Source: Raillietiella orientalis (lineage: Eukaryota). From it: a stretch of 64,000 bases of DNA. The translations under genes were made by a program, and so were the position numbers. The notes below the pieces were generated by a model. That model was not told the origin of the DNA, ran no database searches, and worked only from the letters and a program-made list of their open reading frames with translations. This document shows positions 22,681 to 34,779 of the stretch, in pieces. The stretch spans positions 1,178,001-1,242,000 of the forward strand of contig JAYWIR010000039.1 of assembly GCA_036172245.1 (NCBI GenBank). Reading direction: 5' to 3'. Position 1 is the first letter of the stretch, and every line of letters begins with the position of its first letter.

Positions 22681-25600
22681 TTGCCAGCGGTGCTACGCCA
22701 CAGGACGGCAGCGAAGCTCGAAAACCTCCCAAGATTGCAGCTTTCCTCCTCCCGGTCACGTGCTCAGTGCCCACTGGACAGCGAGATTTGCCTTCCTCAT
22801 CCTCATGGAGGAAAGGCTGCGCTTCTACATACACTGAAACCGGGACGGGACGGGGAAAGTCAACATGTCCCCTGGGCAAGGATGCGACCCAAGCGTAAAA
22901 TGGCAAAAAGACAGAGCGGGTCGCATAGTGGACGCGCGCAAGGTAGGGTCACCAGCCAGGACTGGGAGACCGCATCCTCGTTGGGAGGAAACGGAGAGGC
23001 CGGGCTCACTGCGGAAGATCTGTTGTGAGTCCACACGCCCCGTTGGCGCACACTTGCAGGCGGGAGTGAATGAAGCTTCCTTCGGGCAAGCGTCAACAAG
23101 GGTGGATCCCCACGCGCGGAAGAGACTAAAAAATTCGCATCGGAACAGCCCGCGGACGTCCGAATTCGTCGCTTTCTCGAGAAGCAAGAATGGCAAGATG
23201 GCGGAGGAGGCCAGTCGCCCCGTCTGATTGGGAAGCCGTCGGGACGAAGGAGAAGCACACGCTGCTGAGTCTCGGGCGCACGCGTGACCGCCCCCTGAGG
23301 TCCAGCGCTCCTGCTGCGCGGGTCGCAGGATGCTGGTCCGGGTCGCGGAGCGAAACCGCCTCCTTGAAATTAAAGCTTCATCATCCCCGGTCCTGAATCC
23401 GGGAAATCCGAACGTCCGTTCGCAACATCCACGGAAGGCGGCCGCCACTTTTGCAGTTGGATGCTCTCAAGATCTGAGATCCAAAAGCTCTCTAGGGCTC
23501 TCCGAAGGAAGCAGATCATCCTTGTGACGCACTCGCTTATGCAACCATCGATCTGCAAGGCGCATCTGAATGAGGAGTATCAAAAAAACGCACACACACA
23601 CAGAAGATAACGAGAAGCGGCACACCGTTTCGGAGGAACAGCACACTTGCGATGGGCGACCCGCAACGAGACGGCTTTGCAAGCAGATGAGGCCGAGGCG
23701 AATCTTTGATCTCTTCAGCGATCGTCTCACGCCAGCCGGAGATGCAAGCGGAGATGCTTTCGTCCTCTGGATCCACGATCGCTGCCAGTCGGCTGAGAGC
23801 GTCAGGAAGCGGACGAGCCTTTCCCGCCCGCGTGTGTGGGAAGCGAACCTTCCAGACAAGCGTGATAGCAATTAAGCAGCCAGCAATTAGAGGCGGATTC
23901 AGGAGGGTCTCTTAGGCGAGCACGGAGCCTTTGGTGCGAAGCTGTCCAAGGAAAGCACGCGGATCAAAAACATCCGGTGCCCGCCCATCTCAGCTGCGTT
24001 ACAGCTTCTTTTTTCTTCTTCTTTTACGAACAAAGAGAGCAACTTTGTATGAGTCATCAGCAGTGAGTCGAGCCGTCAACGACCGGCCCTGGATACTGGT
24101 CTGACCCAGTAGCGAAGCCGGTAGCGAAACATCGGGAAGGAAGCCTAGAGCCAGCAGCAGGGTAACATCAGACCGGGATGGACGAGAGCCCTCTCGACCG
24201 CCTCTTCAAGGTGAACGGCGCCGCGCCGCTTCGCGATGTCTGCAAGAGGCGAGGAATCCCTTGGTACAGCGCACAAAAGGATAGGAACGCAAGAATGACG
24301 GAAGGAAACAAATGATCCGTGTGTCACACGAGGACAGATCAGTCGCACCGTAGAGTTATTGAAAGACCTTTCCTTCGTCTTGGAGGTGCGATCTTCCCTC
24401 TTCCAGCGTGTCTTCAACTCGTCCGTTCGTCCCTCATCCATTGGTTTTGTCTCCTGGCTTTCCGGAAACAGGAGTGCCACCGTGGAATTCGGTCGCTCCA
24501 CTGTCTCGAGACGAATCAACAAACGAAAGTCGTTGGCAGCACCCACACAGCAGTAAGGATGGCCGTGCATTCGCGCGTTCGGAGCTGCGTGCGCCTCTCC
24601 GAGTGGAAGAAGCATCGTAAAGTCAGCCATGTCGAGCAAGATCTGGTCATCCGTGCCATGCGATTTGCTGCGGGCATTATCTCGTGGGGCGCCCCGTCCC
24701 TGGTTTACTACCACGTCGGTCCTCCTAACGGGGTTCCGACAGACAAATCGCGACATGCGATGCGCGCTCCTCCACACACATCTCTGCAAGAACTTCTCAC
24801 CTCACAGCTGGACTCTGCAGCCAGAGGCTGATTCGTGTCCCCTTTATTTAACATGATCTTGTGGACCAAACGGCGGCGGAATAGGAGGGAGGGGCAGGAA
24901 TAATGGATTGGAAAAGCTCTACCAGTCGAAAAATTCAACCCGCGGAACACGCGGAAGAACGGATCCAACAATGAGAAGCTGGAACTGAACCCCGTACCAA
25001 ACGTACGAGATCCCCGATTACTCAGATCTATCGATGATGATGATGATGATGGCGAAAATTCCGCATTTGCTATCCCACGTTTCATTGTTGCATGCCTGGA
25101 ATTCGACGTAAACTACAGGAACAATCGGGGAGAGAGAGGTTCTCCGTGGCAGCACGAAGAAGGAAACAGGAAAGAGTGGCTGAAATCTTCTCCTGGATGA
25201 ATCCAGGCTCGCGAACTGAGCTCCAGATTTCTCTGCAGATCGCGGCAGGGGTTCCACCGGTGGAGTCACGGGAGAGGAATGGTTCTTATCTTTCGTTCCG
25301 GGCATCGCACTTTTCCCCATCGAAAATTTGGGGATTCTTGAAACATTCCGGCAACCGCTGAAGGAAAGTTGAATTCCTCCGCGAAGGTGGAGGGTCCTGG
25401 CAGTAAAACAACTGGAAATCAACAAGGCTGACATGGGACGGCCCTCCTCCTTTCAAATGGCACGACGAAACTGAAACGAAAGTGCAAACTCACGCGCAAG
25501 CTCATAGCCGCGGAGGCGCTTTCCTGAAGGCCAGCAGCTCTCTTTCACGGATGTCGGACATCCGGATGCCACCAGGTATAAGAAAAGAATCGAGTTCATT

Positions 25601-27249
25601 ATAAACTTCCTTCCGAAGAGAAGTTTCTCTGGGATTTCAAGACCTCCGGCGGGAACTGCCACATCCCGAAGATATACGGAATGTGGCAACCACCACCATA
25701 TGACCAACACCTCGACGCCAGGCCTGTCCTCCTTCCGCTGTTTCGTTCTCTGATTGGGATGACGGGCATCGGCCGGATACTGAGGAATGCCGTTATCTGC
25801 TGAAATCTGTTGAAATCTGCTGCAGAAATGAAGTGCCGGGAGTCTGTGGCAGCGCGTGTCGCGCACTCCTTTCCCCTCCCGGCAAAATCGCTCCTCCACC
25901 ACCGTAGGTTCTTGTTCCTGAAGGTCAACCGGACCGCATTACCACATCTCCAGAATGAACCGCCTCGACCCCTTGCCTCCATCTGTAGAGCCATGCCGGA
26001 CCGTGCCATGCAATTCCTTTTCGGCCTGTGGATGTTCCACGATCCCTGGATCCATGGGAATGACTCCCGTTTCGCTTCCTCGTCATTGCCCTCTCACTCC
26101 CCCTGAGACGACGCACCACCCATATCTCCTCCTCCTCTTCCTCTCCCCCGCCTCCCCCCTAATCGGCAGAAAACCGCATTCGAACGGTCAAGAAAGGAAC
26201 AGAGGGGCCGTCTGGAACGCGTCGGGATTTCGCGCCCCACGGTTCCCTTGAAGTTTCATCGCACGCGCATCTGAGGCACATAGCCTCACTCGTCGACTCC
26301 CGGTCGTCCCTGCCGCTCGCTTCCTAAGATGCATCTGGGCCCGTCGCGAGCTGCACACGACATGGCGGAGTGTGCCCCCTCTCTCGACGGCCCGCACCCT
26401 GCCTTGGAGACCTCTGGAACATGCCTTCCTGGTGGACGGTCGCGCGCCCTGCCGCCGGCGCCGGAGTAGCTCGAGAGCACCCGCTCTCCAGTAGAGCTTC
26501 TTGGTCACCTTCGTTCGCTCGTCATCCGAGGAGTGGCGGTGTGGGCGGTGTCGGCTGCACAAAGGATGTGCTCGGAAGCTGCTAGCCGACGGCCGCCCCC
26601 GCCGCCATTGCTAGCGACGTATGGGCGTCGCTGATGCGGCAGCTGGGCGAGTGGACCGGCAGCACGGTGGTGCGCGAAAGACGAAGGGCATCTAAGAAGA
26701 GAAGATGCTGCCGCTCAGTCTGCGGTGAACGGAACAGAAAGACTCTCTTGAGCTAGTGAGGACTGAGCATACATCGAACAACGCCAAGTTCCTGCCGGGA
26801 AAAAGGGGAGCTTTTTGTTTTCACGGAGGGCCGGCTCCCCATAACTCAGTTATCATACGTGCGCAAACGCTTGTCTTTGGTTTTGGGATCTGGTTTTCAT
26901 CAAGATAATGGTAGGTGCAAGGAGTCCAGGCATGCAGGCGCGCGCAGGCTGCCAGGGAGGCTGGGAGCCATGCGGAGCGAAGGTGAACGCTGCTGCGGCA
27001 GACCAGTTTCCCTACTTCGCCGCTAGGGGCGCAGCCACGTCGGCGCGGGCAAAAGTGGCGAAGAACCCCAAGAGGATCGGGAAAGGAAGAGTACCAGGAA
27101 GGAAGAGGAGTGCCCAAGCATGCTCTGTCCCGATGAGGCCCACCGGCCGAGATGAAGAGGTCCTCTGAGACTGCGACGACCTAGTGGGAGAACGAGGAGG
27201 AGCGGGCAGGGGGAGAAGGAAATGCGTCTTCCGTTCAAGGGACCGAAGA

Positions 27250-28650
27250 TGAATCCAGAAATACCGCCCCGGGGAGTAGGCAAGGTCGTCATTCCGGATA
27301 CCCCACGCCCGTTGAGAATTGGGCAGGGGGGGCACTGATGCGCGTGAGATCCTGCTGCTGGAAGTGGCGGGGAGGCCAAAGGGCAAGCGAGCATCCAGGG
27401 CCGTCTCGTCGTTTCCTCTCCAAGGGAGTGAACAGCGCAGCTCGAAGAGCAGTCCTGGCGGGGCCTCTGGGGTCTTGGAACCCGAGAAGACCCGTTGAGG
27501 GTGCTGAGCATCTGGATGGAGCGAGCGGAGAGCACCGGGAAGGCAGGATCGAACATCCGATGTTTCCCGGAGTGCGCACTGGAGACACCGGATAAGTGTC
27601 TGCTCTTGATGGAAGAGACTGCGGGAACCTCGGGAGCTCTTCCGAGCGCCAGTGGGGACGCTCTGTCTGTGCTTCCCTCGTGGAATGGGATGAGGACCTG
27701 TCCTGAGGATTCTGTGCGTGGTGGGAGGACGGCCTGATGGAAGAATCCGCTTCCACACTGGCGGGAGAGATGGAGCAACGCGCGCAGACAGCAGGAGAGT
27801 ATCCGCCTAGCGGATATCCCTGTTTTTTCGTCTCTTTCCCAGTGTTCTTTCCCTGGGAGGAATCCCGACCGTCCTGCTGGCACTCCAGGTCGTTTATGGA
27901 CTTTTCTGAATGTCATTTCATTCAAAATAGGTTCCCCTCTCCTTCTCAGACGCGTCTCTTTGTTGTCAGAGGCGGAGGTAGCGGCGTGCGCTCCGTGGTT
28001 CTCTTCTTGGGGAACCACGGAGGGGCACTTCGTCTGACATCCGCTTGGCGGCTCGGCAGCGTCGAGTCTTCAAAGGTACGGGCGGTGGTGACGGCGGGAA
28101 AACTCATGCGCGGCCTCTGTCGTCTTCGAGCCGGTGCGGGCGGGCGGCAGGCTTTCCCACGGCTCCGTTTCCAAGGATACCGACACTGCTGCCGCGCACG
28201 AAGCCGCGCCCAAAGACCTTGCTGAGGGCCCGCAAGGGCGGATCGAGTTTCTCGAAACTGCTGCTCGGGGGAGGGGAACGGATCGACGCCCCTGCCTCCA
28301 GCTCATGCCACCATCTTGCTCGCTTCTGGGGAGGGGGGGAGCCTCCCTAGGAACGAGGCATTTTGCCGCCTGTTCAGCGGGGGCGATGGAACAGACCAAT
28401 GGGAAGCGCCCCCCGGTGCGGAAGGGAGGGAACTCTTCCGTACGTGCCGCTGCAGGCCCGACAGGTGCTACAGCCGCCTGACTGGCATGACCCGGAAGCA
28501 AGGACGTCCGCCCCGCTGGCTGCCCTCTGCCTCGCACAAACGACGGGGAGTGCAAGTTGATAGGCCATACCCCCTCCCCTTCCCCCGCGGCGCTTTCCGC
28601 TGCTTCCAACGTCCTCGTGCCGGGAGAACTCGAGCGGGCAGATGGAAACT
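27250..28650 (-). mobile_element. Degenerate NeSL/Utopia-like RT region
   Basis: Ordered minus-strand motifs across frames: WKQ, WPINL (~WRPISL), EEFPP (~KGFLP), ADVR/KCPS (~GVRQGCPLS), INDL (~ADDL), ALLHLS, RHLSGV, SPLAP/QMLSTLN (~LAPWQKLDALN), GLPATSS. Confidence 0.5.
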
Positions 28651-28675
28651 TCCAAAGCGGAGCCTCAGAACGACT

Positions 28676-28712
28676 GTGCTGTGGACAAGTCGGCCCGACT
28701 TGTCCACAGCAC
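28676..28712. repeat. Perfect 18-bp inverted repeat with 1-nt spacer
   Basis: GTGCTGTGGACAAGTCGG-C-CCGACTTGTCCACAGCAC. Confidence 0.95.
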
Positions 28713-30564
28713 CTTCTCCTGTGACCGCACTATCTACACCCTCCTTGTCCTGCTCAGTTTCTCGATAGCCGAGTCCTCCACCGTGAGAGTAGCCGGGGGT
28801 ACCCCTTCGCATCCGTTCGTTTATTCCCTAGTTTCCCTTCTCGTCCCTTGATCCCTTCCTGGTCACCCAACCGGTTGGATTGAAGTCCTTTCGCCTTGAG
28901 CCAGCAGACGCCTTCTCCTTGTCGCGGCGTTCTTATTTATTTATTTATTTTAAATAGGTGGCCCCGGGATACAAGGATGAGAGGGTGCCGGTGGAAAAGA
29001 AGTGAAGTTCCCATTTCTTCTTCCAAAAACACGGGAGGTCGAGGCGGTGACGAAATAACAAGGCGACCTTTCCCAGAGAGCGTCCGCGCAAGGGCGAAGT
29101 CAGCTGAAGGTCTCTCTGCTTCGCTTCCAGGCACCAGCTCGATCCCCCGGCGACCATTTCGAGGCGGACTCACGGTCTCCGCCATGTGGCGGCGGAAGGA
29201 TGGGCGCTCCCAAAGAACGTCTGCCCTCGGGAGCGAGGCCGTCGTCATGGCCTCAGGAGTGTCCCGCTCCTTAGGCCGTGACTGAGGACAAAATCTTTCC
29301 TTCTTTGCAAGGAAGATAGGCCAGACCCTCGGATGCGGGAGACAGGCTACGAGGCGGAGGCCTCTGTCCCCACCCAAAGCGGAGGATGCGGCATTCCTAG
29401 GAGCGACGGAAGATGACTCTTTCGTGCCAGCATGCGCTGCTTCCAGGGCTCTCTTGACCCGTGGGGAAGAAAAGGAAGATGCTTGACCTCCTCTGCTGTC
29501 ATCCCTCAGGACGCCGTTCTTTGCAGCCTCCTCGGGAGCAGAAAGATGGCAGCAAGTCTTGAGGGACCGCAGCATCTCCAAGGAACGACGGGAGGGCCTG
29601 CTCCCGCGAAACTTCGCCGCCAGGTGCGCTGCTTCGGGAGATCGGAGTGGGAGGCGCGGCGATGGCTCTGTCGTCATCGCCGCTTCGGGCGGGCGTCCCG
29701 GCTCTCGGTGCCTCCTCGGCGGGGAAAGGGGAGCAGTCGGGAAAAAACGGAGAGGAGGAGACCAGGAGAGTAGAAGTTTCGGCCTCGGGTCCTCTTGACC
29801 CTCGTGACCTCTCGCTCCACGCTTCTCCAAAGGTCTGACGGACTCGCCGACGAGGACGGCTGAAAAGCAAGGATTGCGGTTCCAATCGCGCTAACGGTCA
29901 CTTGACCTGAATTCCGGGAGAGGTTACTCTTTGTCGGCAGAGATCAAATCGCGCCGAGCCACTGCAGCTGCCCCCCACCTCTCTCGGAATCGGTTGCCAA
30001 GCGACCGCTTTCTTCTGCTGGTTCGAAACCTCGGGAAAAAAAGGAAGGAGGCACTCCAGGCTCCGGGGTCCCATGCGCCGTCCATTCCGCTTCCCAGAGG
30101 CTCCAGATCCCATCTATTCTCGAGCTTCTCCTTTCTCCTTTCCGGACTGGTGGCGTGATAATGCTGAGTCGTCGCCACCTCCCTGAACGAGAGCTTCGGG
30201 GGACCGCAGCACCCGCGACCGACCGAAGAGTAGCTCCCGCGCAGATCAGCCGCGGTAACGAAACCCCGGCGAAGATGGGAATCGGATTTTGGCGGGAAGG
30301 GGGGGAGGGAGACCCAGAGGTCACCATGGCCACGATGAGACTTCGGGGATGTTGCGCCCTGCCCAGGAGGTCCGATCTTCGCGTCAACTTCCGGGGAGAG
30401 CGCCCCTCAAGGCATCGAGCATGCGCACTCCTGCTCTGCAGCTCCAGTCTTTCAGCAGCTCCTGAGTCTCTGCCTACACCCAGTGAGATAAGAGAACGCC
30501 CTTGTGAGCTCTCCTCCTTCGAGCGGTTCCTTTTGCCGTAACGGGGGAGCACTGAGGGCAACGG

Positions 30565-30730
30565 CGGAAAAGGAGGAAGAAATAGAGGAGGAAAAAGGGA
30601 GGAGGGGAGGAGGAAAGTAGCGGGAAGGAAGGAAGGAAGAGAGGAGAAAAGGAGGAAAGGAGTGGAAGGGAGAAAGGAGGAAGGGAAGGGAAGCAAGGAA
30701 GGGGGGAAGGGAGGAGAAAAGGAGGAGGAC
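30565..30730 (+). repeat. Polypurine (GGA/GAAG) low-complexity tract
   Basis: About 165 nt almost entirely G/A. Confidence 0.9.
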
Positions 30731-31954
30731 GACAGTTTCCTTTCTCCCGGAACATGCTGGAGTAATTTTGCTCCTAACCGTCAGTCGGAGGAGCCAGCCG
30801 GTCCGCTGACCCCCATCTGCAGCCTCAACTCCATCTTTAACCGCGTCGCTTCAACGAAGGATGGCAACAGCCCGTCCTTGAGCCACGTCGGCAGCAGCAG
30901 CGAGAGAGGCCATCCTCCCGCTTCCCCGAATTGCCCTTTCTTTGGCCACCTTTCGTCTTCCGTTCTGTCGTCTGCATGCTGCGGAGAGCGGGTGGCGGCC
31001 GGCCCTGGAAGCGAGGGAAAGGTCATCGTTCCCAGGATCTCAAGGACTTAATGGGAGTAGAGTCGGTGAGCCCTGCTCACCCTGAGCCGTCAGCCTGTTT
31101 TTGCTCGTTCGGGCTCCCCGCTTCGAGCTGAGGACGGCTCGTGGGTCCCGGCAGGGGGCAGAGCGGCATTCCAGTAGGAGCGCTGCCTCCACCCTGAATG
31201 TCTCCTTGTCCGGAGTGGACGGATGCCATGGCTCGAGGACTGGCGGGGACACCGCTGCAGTGTCCGGTGACCTCCTGCTCCCTACCCGCTTTTCCCGGTG
31301 CCTTTGCCTCTTGGGGGCATCTCGCGCGTCGCTGCGTGACCAGGACTTTCGCTAGGCAAAACCGCCATGCGGACGCTCCTTTCCCCAGGGGATTTGATGC
31401 GTGACCTCGCTCACGTCGCCGCTGCTAGCTCGCGGAGCCATGCTCGACTCCCCCGCTGCCAACCATAGCAATGGCGAGCCGGAGGAGGAGGGACAGCGCG
31501 GAGATGTCATGGGTTCTGATAACACCGGGGGAAGCAGCCGTAGACTTCAGTGAAGGAGACGTCGCAAAGCCTGACGTCAGAAGTGACGTCTCTTCCCTCC
31601 TTCTCGGTTGCATCTCTTTCTTTTTCTTGCCCCTCCTCCCCCCACTATCAGGAGGGCCAATCGGCAGTGCCTCCGCGTTCCACGCCTCGTTAGGAGCGAG
31701 GAATGCAGAGCGTCGTACTTCCAGAGCTGCTGGAAACCACCAGCGGCACGCTCGTGATGATATCATCTGGCCGAGCGCTGCATGTGTACACGGCGGCGAG
31801 GAAGAGGAACCTCCAGTCCACGAAGAGCTACTCCCCACGGTGTAGCGGGTGGGCAGCCACGGTCGGCGCCGACTTGGCAACTTCCCGGATCGACTCGGGG
31901 GGTCGCGCAGCACGTGCCGCAAGTGCGGGGCGGGGAGCGCCGAAAGCTACTCAC

Positions 31955-32063
31955 CGTCTTCCTAAGACCGCGGGCGAAGGCCACGCGGCTCCGCCGGAGA
32001 TCTTCCGGCCCTTTCCCGGAAGACCCCCGGATGGAACGGGGGGCTCAGAAGCGGTTGCTGCTG
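31955..32063 (-). other. Candidate short exon, probably non-coding (5' UTR)
   Basis: Minus strand: long pyrimidine tract then tag|cag|cag acceptor at 32064, donor gacg|gtgagt at 31954. Confidence 0.3.
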
Positions 32064-32957
32064 CTAGTGAAAGAGGTTCAAAGCGGGAAAAAAAAAAAGA
32101 AAAAGAAAATCATCCTCCAGGAGCTGGACATGAAGCGTAGTCACCAAATGTCGGACACGACGGTGCTCCGCTGATGACCATCGATGACCGTAGCGCAAAC
32201 TGAGCAGGAGACGAGCAGGCAGCTGAGGAGACGGGAAGGGCTCTCGATGGGCGGGAATCTTCTTCAAAGTGCATCCAGTGGGATGATTTTTCTCCGAATC
32301 CAGGAAGCTGAGGATGCATCGTCCGAGAGGCTGGCGGACCCATCTTTCGCGGATCGGCCCCTCCGCGCCCAAAACCGAAAGGTCCACCCAACTCTGCGGC
32401 CCACCAAACAAGCCGGGCGTCGAATCGGTTCAGCGGCCGGCCGACCTGCGCGTCCACGGGCCCGCCGCCATCCACTCTCCCACCGCGCGTTGTAGAGCGG
32501 CCGAGGAGATTAGAATCCAATAGAATCTAATTTTAGAACGAGAACGCCAGCTTCCGTAGCGTTGGCGACGTGCATTTGGAACGAAGGAGATCCGCTTTCT
32601 CGCAAGATGACAACGAACGGAACGCATCCCTCAGATCCTTCATCAACCCTCCTGCGGTGCGGATTGAAAGAAGAAGAGGAAGAAAGAAAACAAAAAAGAG
32701 TTCGAACGGAATCCACATTCCTGACGCTTTGCTGCTGCTCGTCCCCTAAAAGACAAACCCACTTTATTTATTTATTTATTTTCTTTTGCCATTCGATTAC
32801 CCGTAGGCGAAACAGCCAGCCACCTGCTCGGAATCACTAATCGCCAAAATTTTTACTTCGTAGCAAATAAGAACGCATCAAAACACCTTCAGGTTGTACT
32901 TGAGTTGCTTTTTCTCCCCCCCCCTCTTCCTCCTTTCCTCCTCCTCCCTCCCCCATC

Positions 32958-32994
<37 letters not shown>

Positions 32995-33003
32995 AGTGTG
33001 TGT
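32958..33003. repeat. (CT)n(GT)n compound microsatellite
   Basis: Direct reading. Confidence 0.95.
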
Positions 33004-34779
33004 TTGTGGGTGTGGGCGGGAACGCTCCAAGACAAAACCGACCGTCCTATTCTTTTCAAAGGCATTCCGCCCATTATATGTGGTGGCAAATTTTGATGGC
33101 AAGTTATGTATTCAAGCAGAGGAGCTTCGAAAAATGGGTCCACCCCTCAACACGTACGTTCTTGTACGTTCTCTTCACTTGTTTATCCATCTACGCAGAT
33201 GCAATGCACTTTATGCTGAAAACACTGCACAGAAACACCGCTGAAGACATTCACACACGAGAGACTTTATGTGAAAACTCATCAGTTTCTTTAGAGTCGA
33301 TGCACAAATGTACAAAATGAAAGTAAGCAGATGCACGCCTCGCAGGGGAAATACCAACGGTAGGCGTTCTGGTCGCCGCTTGTCAATACTCGCCGGAGTT
33401 TTTTTTTTCCTGCCTTCCTTCCTTCCTCGCTGCCGCCCCTCTCCCGGATCAGTACTTTTTGATCGATGCATCGATTCCCGGTTCCCTGGGTGTTTTCTTT
33501 CTTTTTTTTTTTTGCGTTTTTCCACTCGGGGCTTTTTCCTTTTCGGCAGGGATCGCTTTTTTCGCGCGGGGTTTTTCCGGACGCGTTCCGTTCTCCACGC
33601 GGCAAAGGCGGCGGCACTGCACAGCCCACAGTGCATCGCGGAAATGACGTATGGAAAACATTGTTGCCGCGGAGGTGTTTCCCGCGGCTCGCTGGGCGGA
33701 AAACAGGGTGCCCCGGTCCTGCTGGAAGAGAAATGTTTTGGTAGAGCGACGGTGTTCACTCTATAATTCTTTGATGACGAATTAATTTTCTGAGCTGAAA
33801 TTGCGTTGCGTGCCGCAACCACTTTGACACGGGATCTTATTCGACTCTTGGGAATTCTCATCATGAAATCAATTACACACTAATCAACAAGGGAATCACT
33901 CTCTTGAAAATTTGTTCGAAAGGAAATTCAAAACAACCTCGCGAAATGTTTTATGCCTACTACCCTAAAATAAGCTTGTACCATCTCCACTTTTTTTAAA
34001 GGGATCAAGTCACCTTGAAATATCTTCGCATAGAACTGGCTAGCATAACTCAGTTTCAGTACTTATTTAACGCAATCGTTCCTTCAAGATGGAAAACACT
34101 GCGGTTTAAATGCCGAATATCAATGCGGAGTGCATTTATCAGTTTGCAGTCATTCTTCCATCTGGAGTTCACGTGACTGAAGTTCCATTCTGAACTCACG
34201 TAATTCCAAGTCTATTCGAAAAACAATGCAGGCAGTGCAGGAGAATCCACAAATCTCTGGTGGGTTCCCATCCCTTTCGCTGAGATGTATTCATCACTAA
34301 ATCTCACCCTTCGCTTCCGGTTCATTTCATCGCGCCCTTCTTTTCCTTAAGTTAAATTAGATTTGAACCAGTGATCCAGAATTCGAACAGGAGAGTTTGG
34401 GGGTGTTGCCCGCCTTTGATAAAGAGAAAAAAAACTTCCCAGTTCAAGCGATTTAATGATGATGAATTAAACAGGAGCACCGATGCATTTCCGGTGAGAG
34501 GGGAGGGAGATTTTCAGCTAAAAAAAACTGCTGAAAGTCCAACAAGCCTTTTCGTCTCGGTAAAACAAGAGAATGCTAAATGCTGGATGGGAAAGAAGTT
34601 CGAAGAGTCCTCACCCTTCGGAGATTCACCTGCGCGACTGGATGCTGAAGGATTTATTGATTTTATTTTATTTTACTGATGAGGAATGAGCTGGGAAAGA
34701 TGAAATGTTGATGCAGTACATGCAAGAGAACCTCAGGACCGCTGCACCTTCCGAAATGTCAAACTCCAACCTTCATTCC

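Noticed and set aside
24178..24315. 45-aa SAP-like peptide MDESPLDRLFKVNGAAPLRDVCKRRGIP
   Set aside because: Weak resemblance and no supporting exon structure.
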